Below are positions 41,646-55,484 of a DNA stretch of 64,000 nucleotides, piece by piece (the stretch's first letter is position 1; each line of letters opens with the position of its first letter). The translations under genes and the position numbers were made by a program. The stretch covers positions 1 through 64,000 of the forward strand of contig JAQGDQ010001080.1 in NCBI GenBank assembly GCA_030141605.1. Direction: 5' to 3'. Source of the stretch: Tubiluchus corallicola. Its lineage: Eukaryota; Animalia; Priapulida. The notes beneath the pieces are model-generated. The model worked only from the letters and a program-made list of their open reading frames with translations, was not told where the DNA came from and did not search any database.

Positions 41646-43139
41646 CGTATATAATGAATTTCTGCAAACATATAGGTAAAAACCAGCCTCTTTTGCTATG
41701 ATAACAAAGGAGAGGCTGTTTAATAATATTAGCTGTTTAGATAAGAGTTGAGGAATTTAAAGTGCTCTAACACTTGAGTAAACATGGCTCGATATGAAAG
41801 AGTAATTTTCTAAAGTGAATTGTTTGAAGAAGACCTCTCATGTGCATTGTTGCTTCCATACGCATCACTACACTCAGTGCTCCAGCATGTGTGCTAACAC
41901 AACACGTCTCTGCCATGCTCTACACAGACAGGCATACTTGGGTAAAATATTTTCACCATCTATCAAATCTACACTATCCAATAATGAATGTCGAGAAGTA
42001 AAAAACGCTGCATAATGAAAACTGTTTTAGTAAATTTCAAGGATTAAAGCAAACAAAACCTTGTACTTAAATATATTTGTCTTCTTGTTACCCTGGCAAA
42101 TATATTTGGGGGTGGGGGCGGCGGCAATTGCATCAGTAGTCTTGTATCTTGCTTTAGTTCTGTACGAGACAGTATAAGAATCTTCACTCATGTCAAAACT
42201 AGATTTTTTCATATGCCTGGGTTCATTTTTGGTACACAATGGGCGCAACACAGAAAGTTCTCTCCATGATTTAAATTAGATCCAGTTTCTGTCAATGTAT
42301 CGTATACTCAAATGAGCCAAAGAAATTTTTTACACATCCGTTGATAACAACAAGACTATTTCAAATCATTGAAAACAATGTAAAAGCAGACTATTCGTAC
42401 TAAAAAGCAGACAAAAATAATCTGATGTCATTGAGTTCATCAGATCACCGTGTGCAATTTAATGAAAACAGTGTAGGTGGCAGGAGATTGATATTAGAGG
42501 GATAATTCCTGTCTTCAGCAATAAATCACTTTGTAGATTTACTCTTTCACATCGAGCCATGTTTGCCTATGTTTGAATGCTTAAAATTGTCTGTGTCTTG
42601 TTCAAACGGCTATTATTATCACCTAGCCTCGTCTTTATTATGATGGTAAAAGAATCTGTTTTTTCCCTCTTTGTTTTCAATACAAATACTTCAAAATGCT
42701 TTCACTTATTGTGCTTATAATCCTTTTAGTTTTATCAAAAAATCGCATTTCCCAGGTGGTTATATTATTACAAGCTTTACTTCAAAGAGAAAAAATAATG
42801 GCATGTCAGCCTAGTAGTACAATATACATTGCTACTCGCCCTGATATAAAAAGGATTTAGGCACGGATGGATGGATATAGGCTGTGATTTGCAAGGTTAA
42901 CAACAAAGAAACTGGTCAGCAAACGGATTTATAACCTTTGCACTCAGTGGACAAGGATGTATAAAACCACGTTGTGTTGTGCCTTGTGCATCGATTAGTG
43001 ATCGCGAATCAATTACATTTAAAGAATGTAGTAGAACTTTCGTATAAAACAGCTTAAAAGACAGAAGAGGGTTTCTTGTGCATATGTCGTAGTCGCGATA
43101 AAAGAAATCTGTGTTCGTTTTCATTTGAAGTAATTTGGA

Positions 43140-44575
43140 TGCAACTACACCTAAGCAAAAATAGCGTTTAATTAATGACGTACTTAACAGATATAGAAAC
43201 GATCAATTACAAATAAACAGTTTACGAGAAAATGACAGTATGATATCTGATCCAGTTGACATTGCTAACAAATTAAATTCCACATTCATCAATCTCGGAA
43301 AATTTGACAACTTGCCACGCCAACATAATGCAAATACACAATATATACAAAAACCAATCAGTAACACAATCCACTTTCTCATTTACTAGCGTCACCGAAT
43401 ACGACATCTTTAGAATATTAAACAGTTTAAATATAAATAAAGGAAGTGGACCCTCAGACATGCGAATAAAAATTTTAAAAGACTGTGCCAGCATCATTAC
43501 TCCTCATCTAACATATATCACAAACCAAGTCTTAATGCGCTCAGAATTTCCAGCAGTGTGTAAACAAGCAAACATAACTCCAATACACAAGAAAGATGCT
43601 AATAATGATGCTACAGACAAATTTCAGTAGTGCATGTACTAGCCAAAGTATTTGAAAGAGTTATCTACAACCAAATAAACCATTACATTGAAAATAATAA
43701 GATACTGTCAAATCATCAATTCGGTTTTAGAAAACTACATTCTACAATAGACGCAATAATTGATGCCACTCAAAAGTGGCGTTACAACTTAAATAAAAAT
43801 AAATATATAACAGCAGCATTTTTAGATCTAAGTAAAGCTTTTGACTGCCTCGATCACAATTTACTACTAGACAACTTACGCCAACTAGGATTCGATTATA
43901 CTTCTCTCAAACTAATTAATAATTACCTACACAATAGAAAACAAGGAGTCCAGCTGAACAATCACACTTTTTCAACATGGGACACACCACAGAGAGGCAT
44001 CCCGCAAGGTACGATATTAGGTCCTTTACTCTTTTGCTTATACGTTAATAAAAGTCATTTAGTTTTACATAATTCAGACTTGACACAATATGCCGATGAT
44101 ACAACTATCTATACAGCACACGCATAGATCAAAAAATAATCTAGAAAAAGACATAACAAATATAAATGCAGCATTTAACTATTTTGGTTTAAAAATGAAT
44201 GATGATAAGACAAAATTTATGGTAATATCACCCAAATCAAATGACATTACTTCTTCTAATGCAACACTAAAAGTAGGTGATATGTGTTATGTTAATTGTG
44301 TCATGTCAAATGTATATATAGTGTAAAATATGTCATGTAAAATTTAAAGTACTTTTGTAATATTGTTTTGTAAAAATATTTTAATAATATTGTGTTTGCA
44401 AATATGTTCATTTATTGTATATAGTTTTGCACTTTAGTTTTTTTAGTATGCACTGGATGCATTTGTCTTGAACAGTGTGGTTATTTTAACATTACGCTGA
44501 GGCTTACTCAATGAGTGAACAATTTTAATGACAAATAAAGAATTAATATATATATATATATATATATACATATAT
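43140..44575 (+). mobile_element. 5'-truncated CR1/L2-group LINE (RT pseudogene, 3' UTR, TA tail)
   Basis: KGSGPSD, ANITPIHKK, LAKVFERVIYNQ, QFGFRK, FLDLSKAFD, GIPQGTILGPLLFCLYVN and YADD; frameshifts; ends AATAAA plus (TA)n. Confidence 0.92.
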
Positions 44576-44930
44576 AAGTTTGTCCTCAATACTGTCCCCC
44601 ATCACATGACGTCACCTACGAAAGAGTGCTTTCCGGCGAGGAAAGGCATTGTTAAATTATGTCCCAAAAAACTTTCCATGCAAATCTATATTACTTGGTG
44701 GCATTTCGCTTAGTCTCTCGAAAGACTTAGAGGGTTTTCATGTGCTTTAAAGTTTCTCTTAAACAATTAAAATGTAATGTAATGTAAAGGGAGGCTGCCA
44801 TGCCAGAAAACTGCACAATCATGAAAAATGTTATTGCTTCATACTGTAGTAAACCTTCTTTGTATGTCAATTTAACTGGAATATTGTACACTATTACTAG
44901 TCTTGTCTGTATTTGCACAGATTTATTTTC

Positions 44931-45320
44931 TTAACCCTTTCCTAGACGTCATTTTCTAAGCTCCCAGACTCTGTTCACACAACATTTTGGGTAAATTTTA
45001 GATATTTTTAACGCCTCAGGCGCGAAAGAGCAAAGCAGCATCTTGGATTTGAAAGCTCTTTGCGTTGAACGATTTTGAAGGAACGTCAATATTTATACAG
45101 TCAGATATTTCTACTCATATCAGCTTTGAACTTTAAACTTTACTGTACTCACAACATCACAACAACTGGTTTCTGAAATTATGACATGCTTAGAACGTAA
45201 TTGCGTATTGAAGTAATGGTATCAGAAAATTGAGATGCTTTTCACGTGTTCTCAGTTGAGTCCGGCTCATTATCAAGTGTAATCCCTGATGATGCGCCAC
45301 TGGACTACCAGAGGTGTCTG
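44931..45320 (-). mobile_element. Inverted copy of the TTAA-terminated piggyBac-like family
   Basis: Begins TTAACCCTTTCCTAGACGTC; reverse complement resembles 37070-37452, which ends GACGTCAGGGAAAGAGTTAA. Confidence 0.65.
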
Positions 45321-46179
45321 TGACGTCACAGACGTCCTCGTCCGTATTAAAATTATGCTAAAGTTCATTTTGTACTCCAAATAAAATATTCACTACTGTT
45401 TTATGTTTGGGTTGGTTTTCTGCCCATCCTTTAATACCTCTCCCCATTTTCCTGTTTGATGGCGATCTTCCTGCCACATGTCTTGATCGGTTACAGGATA
45501 ATTTTCGCGCTACTGGAAAAGCATTGAACCGTGATTTTTCCTTATTGCAGCCATTACGGGTTTGAGCTGCGTTTAAAGCTACACGTTTTGTTGCAGCAAG
45601 TTTGAGATCTCATAAAATTTGTTTAACATTATTCTAGTTGTGCAGACTTCTAAAGCCTTTATGCAGACAGTTTTGTATATTATAGAATGATAATAGAATC
45701 ACTTAAGCAGTAATTCGAAGCAGTGATCACATAGACAACAGGTGTGTCAAAAAGTTTTCTATGGATGGAAAGATTTTTGGGACATAATTTAACATTGCCT
45801 TTTCTTCCCCTGATTTACGTAGAGCGTGTATTACGTCATGTAATGGCGTGGTCGGAACAGTATTGCGGGAGATTTAAAACAAATAAAAATGTCTTTCAAT
45901 GCGAATACGATATATGCATAAAGTTGCTGTAAAGTAATATTATTTTTAATGCAAATTTTCTGAAACCTACTCATACGTTTTGATGGTAATGTCTGTGTAA
46001 ACGGTTTATCATGAGCCCTTCAAGGTCGGGCATTATCCACTGTTTCACAGGCTGCCAAGATTGTTGTGAAAATTGCAGAATCAATACGGAACTGTTAATG
46101 CCTGGGTTTTCATTCATTCAGTCATTACATCATTAATAAATGGCAGTTGTAATGCTTGGGTCCGTATATATATATATAA

Positions 46180-47100
46180 TGACACTTAAGTCAGATTAAA
46201 GTAATTATTAAATCCAAAATTTAGTTTAACAAATGCAGGTTACGACATTATCATTTCAGACACGCCATCACGATCAACTTGTAATTCAATTCAACTATGA
46301 TTTGTTACTTAACATTACATCTCCCTTTTTCTAAAAGAAGCACTTCATCAAACCCAAATTTAGATTTCAAACTTCGATTACATAAGCTTTAAACTAGAAC
46401 TTTAAAGTTGAAGATGTTAACTTTTACACCAAAGGCTTGTCCAAAGGGAATTTGCATATTTGGACAGCCTTCAGTAAAGCTCCATCCACAGTATATGAAA
46501 TTTTTTGTTATACATGCAATAAACTGGTTTCTTATAAATTTCAATCACAGAAGTGTTATAGTTTCATTTAAATCTGAATTGTAGTGAAAGTTCTATTTAA
46601 CTAACTCTAACATTATAACTGTTGTAACTGTATCACTAATGTATTTAACAGTATGATTTAAGAATTAGTACTTTCCACAAGTCAGTCACATTGCTCTGTA
46701 AAAACTATAAAAACACACTTAACTAATTTTGTGAAGCTTGAACATTGAAACTAAACTTAGCATTGAAATTCAAAACTGAAATTCACATTGTTTCCATCAA
46801 TCTTTCTGGACACTTCACTGCTCTTCCAAATCTAGTCATTTTGTGTTGTTCAACTTCTGATCTCACTTGCTGTTGCTGAAAGTGTTCATTTCCCTGTGGT
46901 TCCAAATCAATCAATTCAGAATTACAGTCACTGGTTCCAGTAATACACCGTCTGATAGCAGATTGTGACTGTTTGTGGGAATAAGACTAATATAATTATA
47001 ACTGGTCTAGGGTAATCATTTCTACTAATTTCATCACCAAGCGTTTGGGTTCATGTTGTTCAATTCTCCTATGGGACTCGATTATTTTACTGATTATAAT
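46180..47100 (-). mobile_element. 3' end of a Ty3/gypsy LTR retrotransposon (integrase tail, PPT, short LTR)
   Basis: Minus strand ...TRFGRAVKCPERLMETM* is a typical TRSGRxVKxPxRL integrase tail. The PPT AAAAAGGGAGA (46320-46330) is directly followed by TGT...CA (46319-46180), next to a (TA)n run. Confidence 0.7.
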
Positions 47101-48155
47101 CTTTGAGTTGTAAATCATAAAATGTTTTCACAAACTTTGAAATAGAACTATTAAACACTTAGATGCTGTGCAAATCATACAGTATGTTATTAAACAAGAA
47201 CAAAGCAAAGAACAATTGTACATACAGGAGAAAATAATACCTACTGGGCCCAGATTAAACAAGTAACAAGGAGTATACTCATGTTTATACGTAGTTCCTG
47301 ATGGCCGGCTCTTCCAGGATGCACCGGGACGGTTCACAGTCTCTAATCCACGATCCTCTACTGGAATAAGGAGGATGCTCCACCATGTAGCCGATCCATG
47401 ATTTCTGACACGCCACAAGTAGTTTAATCTTGAATCGTAGTCGTATCTCTGCGTCTCCTCTACCGCCGAATAGCGTAACCCAGATGCTGCGGACTCCACC
47501 ACTATGTGAACTCTCCGCCAATGCCCTGAAAGTTTCAGAATCCCTCACAGGGTGGGTTTTCCAAGAGCTCCTCTAAGTGAAGAAGTATGACAAGGCAATC
47601 ACTTCACTCCTGAATCTTGCTGGTGCTACGTAAAGGTTGTCGATACAGCATTGTGCATTTAGCTATTGTCTCTCATAGAACAACTAAATTTTGCCATTAA
47701 GGCCAAAATAAAACTCATAGACAAAACGTGTCTCAAAACAAAATTCGAACCTCAATGAAGTGGGCAAACATAAGCCTAGACACAATGACCTTGTATATAA
47801 TGCACAATGGCTTCTATACTGTTCAAAAATATTATAGTGATGAATAGCCCTGTATATCGGCCAGTTAGCAAGCGGTCATGCATCGCATGGCCGTGACATG
47901 GCTCTCCCAAAAGGAAATTTGTCACAAATTTCAAAAACTGGCAGATTATTTACCATTCAGATTCATATCATCCATTAGCAAATCAACAAAGTGCAAAAAA
48001 TACGTCAACAACATTCCAAAAAGTTTTCACCGAAACAAAGATAATGCTCCTTTAAAAGAAATTAGAAAGAAAAAACACTGATTACTGGCAAAACAAACGT
48101 GCTCTTCAGTTTGCTTTGCAATAGTAAACTAGCCTACTGGCTTACTTTTTGCCTA

Positions 48156-48551
48156 TTATAACCGACTAAGGCAATCAGCCACCTTGTTATCTACACCGGC
48201 GATGTGTTCAACTGAAAAGGAAAATTCACTTAGAATTAGCGCCCAATGACAGAGACGTCTATTATTTTTGCGCATCTTGTTCAATGCCAAAAGACTACGC
48301 TGGTCTGTTCTCACAACAAACTTTCTTCCTTCAAGATAATAGCGCAATTTGTCGACCGCGTACACCACACTGAACAGCTCACACTCTACAATAGAGTAAC
48401 GAGATTCTGTGTCTGTGAATTTTCTACTTATGTATGTTATGGGGACTTCCCCTAACCCATCTTCCCGGTCCTGAGATAAAACTGCCCCAATACCAATGAA
48501 ACTGGCATCAGTGGTGAGCATGAATGTTTTAGTGAAATCTGGTGAGTGCAA
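48156..48551 (-). pseudogene. Ty3/gypsy RNase H domain, terminal domain of pol
   Basis: LTTDASFIGIGAVLSQ, YSIVECELFSVV, VRTDQRSL, and NKVADCLSRL followed by a stop. Confidence 0.95.
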
Positions 48552-48724
48552 GACTGAATTTGATGTTAGTGCTTGCTGTAGACGGAGAAAACTTTTCTCA
48601 CAACTATTTGTCTAATCTACTAGAACGGAACGGGGGCTGGTTTTTCAGTTAATGCATGAAGATGGGCGGCGATGGTACCAAAGTTTGGAATGAATCGCCT
48701 ATAAAATCCGACCATTCCTAAGAA

Positions 48725-49526
48725 TCAGCGTACCTGACTCTTCGTCACAGGTCTTGGGAAATCGTGAATCTGTTGCACCTTCTTTGATTGCAGTTTCAGG
48801 TGGTTCTTGCCTACAATGTAGCCGAGGAATTGCGTTTCTTGTTGAGCAAAATGGCATTTTGAGGGTTTTATTGTTAAACCGGCTCTGCGGATACAACTCA
48901 ATGTAGCCTTCACGTGGACTAAATGCTGGTTCCAGTCTGATGACTTGATCAAAACGTCATCGATGTATCCTTGGAAGCAATAGGATACTGTCTCTAACAC
49001 TCTGTCAATTAAAGACTGGGCTGTTGTAGCAGCATTCTGGAGACCGAATGGCATGACCAAGAATTCAAACTTACCAAATGCTGTCACGAAGGCAGTTAGT
49101 GGGATTGATTCTGGAGACATCTCGACCTGCCAATATGCTTTTGCTAAATCTAAAGTAGTAACCCAGACTGCATTGTGCAAGTCGTCGATCATGTCATAGG
49201 GCCTTGGCAGTTGGTAAGGGGAGAATGAAGTGTGACTATTGAGCTTTCGGAAGTCTACACAAAATCTCCACTGCTGATCTGGTTTAGGGACTAGGAGCAT
49301 AGGAGAGGCGTACTCTGACTCAGAACGTCTAATGACGCCCAAGTTCAACATGTCTTGCAGCCTGTGGTAGGCGGTATGGTGCTTGGTGAAGAGGCGTAGC
49401 ATCGGCGAGATTGATGTGATGTTGTACTAATGACGTACCAATGATGTGATGCCTAATGAAGTCTGTAAACATCTCTCTGAAATTATGACATACATCACGT
49501 AGCTCAGAACAAGCTGGCTCTGTCAA
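48725..49526 (-). pseudogene. Ty3/gypsy reverse transcriptase (frameshifted)
   Basis: QAPYRLP, SESEYASPMLLVPK, RFCVDFRKLN, LDLAKAYWQ, MPFGLQNA, YIDD, KCHF and FLGY. Confidence 0.95.
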
Positions 49527-49689
49527 GTAATCAGGAAATTCGTATCATTAACGGTCTGTTTTGAACTGGCAGTCTGGGAATCCACAACAAACCCTGAACC
49601 GATAGCTGGCTCGTTCAAAGATTCATTCTTGCTAGATTCCAAGTGTTCTTCTTTGTGTTCATCTCTTGCATTGCTCTGAACATCATCTT

Positions 49690-49856
49690 CAGAGCACATG
49701 GCCCATAAGACAAGCTCTTCCTCACGCTCAACATAAGCTTTGAGTTTGTTTATATGGAAGATGCGGATGTCACATCTTCTGCCTTATCTTATCCACGATA
49801 GTGTATAGACCTTTCCAAACTGAGGACATTTTATCACCCTTTGGCAACCGCAAAAC
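49690..49856 (-). pseudogene. Integrase C-terminal remnant (GPY/F region) upstream of RT
   Basis: Manual translation LRLPKGDKMSSVWKGLYTIVDKI then (frameshift) RIFHINKLKAYVERE. Confidence 0.75.
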
Positions 49857-49893
49857 AGACATCAAATGTGCTAATGCCAGCAGCATCGACGTA

Positions 49894-50400
49894 TTATTTT
49901 AGACCTTTCGCCAGACATCTAAACATTTGACGATATGTTTCATCTTTCCGCTTAACTATCGCTCGAAAACGCTCCAAATAAACACCTTCTGACAGAACAT
50001 ATGCTGAAAGTATAGCTTTGCGAACTATGTCATAGTACCGAAGTTCTGTTATGCCGACTTGATGAAAAGCGGCTGCTGCTCTTCCTGACAATGCAGGCCC
50101 TAGAGATGCTGCCCATTGAGAGCGTGGTATCGCATTAGCAGAGGCTGAATGTTCGAAGCGGTCAAGAAATGATTGTATGTCTTCCTCTGCTTCAACAAAG
50201 GCCTTCAGCATTTTAAGCGTTTAACTAGTGGAAGTGCAGGACTAGTGGGCAGTCCAGAAGCTGCTGTTCCAGCTGGTGAGCTAGCCACAAGTTCCAATCC
50301 CAGTTTGCGCATCTTCATGGACTGCAACTGGGTGAATAATTGGGCTGCATTATTGTCCTATTTAGATAAGGTTTCAAACGAAAGATCATGACCGAAGTTG
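49894..50400 (-). pseudogene. Gmr1-like gag fragment
   Basis: EDIQSFLDRFEHSASANAIPRSQWAASLGPALSGRAAAAF...YDIVRKAILSAYVLSEGVYLERFR matches the gag pattern of Gmr1/SCAN-related retrotransposons. Confidence 0.85.
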
Positions 50401-53400
50401 ATGCTTCATCTGAGGGTGTAGCTTCAGTTAGGCAAGCACCCTGGGAAAACTTGTGCAAACTGGGTCCTTGTTTAGCCGTAATGGACGTCTCCGCTAGGGT
50501 TGCGCTAGGTTTCATTGCCTTTGGCTTCGCACCACCAATTTCAATTCCTTGCCTATTCCTCATTCCATTCCTTGCTAACACCCGATTGCCCTGGCCTGAA
50601 CAGCGCCAAGATTAAGTCCTGAGTCAGTATCAGGCATCCCTAAATCTGGATCCTCCCCTGTATCAGCATCGCGGAATCCATCTTCAGACACGCCTGTCTG
50701 TTGTAAAACATTTGCTGTCTCCTGCAGTAAAAGAGTTATTAAATTTAATACTATATTTCGTAAAGAGTTACGAAACTGGTTCTCCAATGCGGTTAACACG
50801 GGCACATCCAAGATCAGATTTGCATCCGAACTTCCCTCCACGTGAAACTCGGTGGGACTGGTCACGTTTTCCGTATATGCGTTGATGGGGTGAAAGTCCA
50901 CGTAATTGACAGTCCGAAATGGCCACTTGGTGCATCGAGCTGCTATAAGTTATTTACCTTTGCAGGTCACTTGAAACATGTCCTAGTTTGATTAGGTCCT
51001 GCAAGGAGTTTATAGAAACTGCTTCTGCTTCATCAGGTCTGCTAAGAAATGTGTGTCCTCACTTTGACCGCATGTACTTGAACCCTAATTGTTTTTACAT
51101 TGTCGGCATGGTACTAGAGAGTTGCGTATGTTTAAATTTACATTAACGTATGGTATGATATCGTGTGTGTGGCTTGGTGGGAATGGCATGTTGTGACTGG
51201 TGTGGTGTGGCGGTTGTGATGGGTGTCCGTCGTATGATGGTGGAGTTGTGATGGGTGTCCATGGTATGGTGGTGGAGTTGTGATGGGTGTCCATGGTATG
51301 GTGGTGGAGTTGTGATGGGTGTCCATAGTATGGTGGTGGAGTTGTGATGGGTGTCCATGGTATGATGGTGGAGTTGCGATGGGGAAGGCAGGATGTGGGT
51401 CATGTGGTGTAGGTTACATGTTGCCGTTTGGGTGGTGAGGTGGATGTTTTATGATGTGGGTGATATGGTATGGGTGATGTGACGTCGATTGAGTTGTGAG
51501 TGGTGTGTAGGTTGTAGTTGTGGATTTATGTGCAAAAATCTTTTGTGGGGCTTGGCTAGTTACTACCATTTGCGTACTAAAAATAATAATTATGAAGTAC
51601 ACAACTTAAGATTTAATAAGTTATATAAACAGGAAGAGGAAAAGCGATATACTTAATTATTCAATGAGTAGTTTGAAAATTTCGAACCAACCAAATTGAA
51701 ATTCAGCACAAAGAGAAGTCTACTAAATCTCAGGATTATTATTATTCTCTAGTGTAGCTAATTATTAAACATAATAATTATTGCAATGAAGACATTGTCC
51801 CAACCTGAAGACGTTGTGTTTACAAGAAAAATTCGTTGCTTTTGCTATCATGTTCAACATTCTCCCTTACTGATTGGTACAGAAGTAGATTATACAAGCT
51901 ACTCGCCATTTTATTCAATTTACGTTTGTGTGACAAGTGTCAAGTAAACCTAGAAGAAATGGACTGTGTGAGCATTACGATTAAACGTCGTTTTTTACAT
52001 TTAGATCTAATGATAATTCTACAACATACAAATCTTTGGTCTGCACAGAGACTAGATAAGTTTAAATAGCCATAACACTATTAAACAGAATTTTTTGTAA
52101 ACAATTTGCGGACCGATTGATGACCATTACAAATTATGCATGTCTTGCATGAATGACTCGTGATACGTGGTGTTCATAGTTTTGATTTCGAGCATGGTTT
52201 TGATTTTTTGTTGGCTTCATTTACCATGCGATCCTGTGGATGGAGGATGTTTCAAACGACAATTCACTAATTGGCATAATGCGGCTTAGTCACTTCTGGC
52301 AGTTCAGTAGCTCATTTTACAGAGTTGCCCATCATAATCAACCAGATTTCATCACATAACAATCTCTGCTTTATGACACTTTTTTTCAACATCATAATTG
52401 TTTTCAATATATTATAATTTCAGAAACAAATTAATGTGTAGCAAGATTATAGTTCTGATCTTGTGAAGAAGAAATATCAGATTGTGTAAACATGGATTTA
52501 TCATCCAACAAAATTTTTGAACAAGCAAAGAGATTTTACCAATATTTAACATTCCTTCAAAACTGTTCAACACAAAAAGCTTTCAAATCTAAGTTGCAAC
52601 AATATTTATCTAAGGCGAATCATTGTTTGTGTTAAGATCAGAAAAATTTTAGTATTTTACTTTAAAAATTTGTAAGTTAGCCCGGGGGGCCAGGGAAAGT
52701 ATTAAGAAAATATAGTAGAGTGTTTACACACTTGAATTTCAAAAGTCTGCATTCAACACCTGGGAAAGAGTTAAGAAATTACAACAGAGAAATTACGGAC
52801 AGGCTGCTGCAATCTAGTAAAATTATCAAAAGCTTTTGTACAAAGGAGTGTGATTCAATACCACTCCTCATGCTCAACAGCACCCTGCAAAGAGAGTAGA
52901 GGTAATTTCACTCTTTCTTGAAAAGTTTTGCTGAAAATCAAGATGGTTCGATACCCTCGTTATTGAACTGCTCATTAAACTTGCCAACTTTTTCATTACA
53001 ACTAGTTAAGACAAGCTTTCTATTCTGATGTAACAGACATCAACAGCCATGTCATTAACATTATTTATTTGAACGACGGTACAAATTTTCAAATTCAGGT
53101 TTAATTCTGACTTTAAACGTGTCTAAATGGCTTTTTCTGAGCTCTTAACAAAATTTTCTCACATTGTAAAATTCGTGTGTAAATCAACCAAACCTAAAAA
53201 CACCAAGGAGGAGGCGGGAAGATATATCTGACTGTGTAAACATTTTACATTGAACAACTTGAGAGATTTCACAAATACTTAATATTGCTTCAAAAGCTTT
53301 CCTACAAAGAGCTTTTCAATCCAAAATGCCGCGATATTTATCTTAGTAGGCGCCTGGGAAAGAGTTAAGCAAATAAGGTAGAGTGTTTACACACTTGAAT

Positions 53401-54109
53401 TTCAAAGGTCTGCATTCCACACCTAGGAAAGATTTAATAAAGAAAGCAGAGCAAATACAGACAAGACTAATAATAGCCTACGCTACAACATAGCCTACAC
53501 TAAAATTGACAAAATCTTTTCTAGAAAGAAGTGTGAAGCAATAACCATTTCTTATTATTGCCTCAATAAGTATTGCGTATGTCTTAGTGTCACTTTCTGC
53601 ACAGGAGAAACTTTAAGCTTCAAAATACCAACATTCATTTAAATTCTTCGTAATTAATTCACAATAACTAATCAAGTAAGACAAAACACGTCGCGTTTTT
53701 CTACATGGACAAATTATAACCCACCATAGCAGTTGTAGACAAATAACAATTTGAGCAGATAAGCCGTATGCATACATTCTCATGAGGATTAAACCGTGAA
53801 CTTATGATTTATAGACACTGATTCGCATCAAGAAGTTTGCAAAAATATTTATCAAAATCACACCCAATAAAAGCACCTTCAAATTTAATACGTCTATATT
53901 TTGTTTAAAACATGGATGAATAGTTTTACTTGTTAAACTGTGAAAAAGTAATTTACCAGATTTCAGAATTCTTAAGTAAACTAGTCACACCCTGTTTACT
54001 GTTTAAATACTGGAAAGAATGAGCTGAAGGACAGAGAATATTATCAATAGTCTACAGAAGTTTTGTTTGGTTAAACTGCCACCCTGGAACTCACAGGGAA
54101 AGAGTTAAG

Positions 54110-54171
54110 AAGAGACGCATGTGGGTAGCATGATTTAATAAATTTCAATTGAAATCACCTGTAATAATTAA
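54110..54171 (-). pseudogene. Continuation of the LINE AP-endonuclease beyond the inserted transposon
   Basis: Reads LIITGDFN*NLLNH from the TTAA; in frame with ...QSKHL at 59583-59600. Confidence 0.85.
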
Positions 54172-55484
54172 GAGTCATTCCATGAGAAAATCAGCAAAAT
54201 GGTGGAAGGTGACAAATCACCGATTTTGTTCATATTCACAGGGTTTGATGGTCCCCCCAGATGTACCCCACAGCCAAAATATTAGATTTCAGAAATTAGC
54301 CGTTTCTGAGAAAAGCCGCCATTTTGATTTTTTTCGGATTTTGGCCATTTTGGCGTAAAAAATTGCCCATTATTTCTCACGTTATTACAGACAGTAAATG
54401 AGCGATCCAGCACTAGTTAATTGGTGATATATATAGTAGGGGTCTTACCCTACCGTACCATTATCGTTGCCAAATTGAACCTCCTTTTCAGTTGGTGTCA
54501 TCAGATTGCAAAAGATACGTGTCTGCTGCTGAATTTAGACGCCATTTTGAAATTCCCATAACTCCACTGGGGCGAGTATTGGGGGACTAATCAATATATT
54601 TTTATTTGCAGCTTGACTAGTCCTACAAATGCGTGAAATAAAATTTTGGCCAGCGATCTCACAAGAGTCCAGAATTTTTAGCCAAAGTTGCTCTTTTTTG
54701 CCATTTTCACAACCTTGAAATATATTTAGCTATTCGCCGTTGGATGACGGTGTTGCCATTAGAATCGATACAAAGTGCAGCAACGTCAATGTTTATAGTA
54801 GTAATGGACTGGCTTTAGATGTCTGGGCACTCGTAGCAACCAGGCCCCTCATCAGGGGGCCACAATCCCTTCGAAGGGCCCCTGTGACGATTACAACATA
54901 GTGATTTTTATAATCTGTATAAAGCACGGTATAGTTTCATGTACATAATAACAGTTTCGTGTACAGGTGTTCGGGCTATATACCTATGGCCCGTGGCTCA
55001 ATGCGGACAAGGCGAGGCAAGGCACTATTTGTGAAATTGTGTTGAAACCGCCACAAGCATCGAATATAACATGTTGCGAGCCAATTTTTAAAACGCGCAC
55101 AGCTTTGTGTGGTCTTGTATTCAACAGGCGAATAGTTGTCAGTCCCTGATATTTTTCCTCAAATCAATTCGAGTTAATAGTTAGTTAGTTGGGCCAGTAC
55201 GACCCTGCCTCGGCCGTTACATACTAATTCCGACTCTGTGCAACGTATGTTTCAAGCCATTCGCTCACATTGTATTTAACCGCCAGGTTTCCACCGTCTC
55301 GTAAAGATGTACGCATATACACCGACTACCATATTCAACAACAAATTCTTTACGTCCACGACTATTTTTTATTCGCCAATATTCAATGAAAAGTCGCACT
55401 GTAGTAAATAATAATAAGCTAATAATTGATAATACATACAGTAAGCTGCTACTGTGTGTTGCTATGGTAACCTCCTTATCAAAA

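Larger units (their letters stand above)
21735..53172 (+). repeat. Segmental duplication, copy B (expanded by TE insertions)
   Basis: See copy A; same block order and orientation. Confidence 0.9.

Noticed and set aside
47125-48040. Definite LTR of the Gmr1-like element
   Set aside because: Plausible position, but there is no second copy and no clear PPT or TG..CA boundary, so it is not annotated.
50575-50901. Host gene duplicated at 13185-13511
   Set aside because: No recognisable domain; conservation is explained by the identical tract; it runs by frameshifts into the gag relic.
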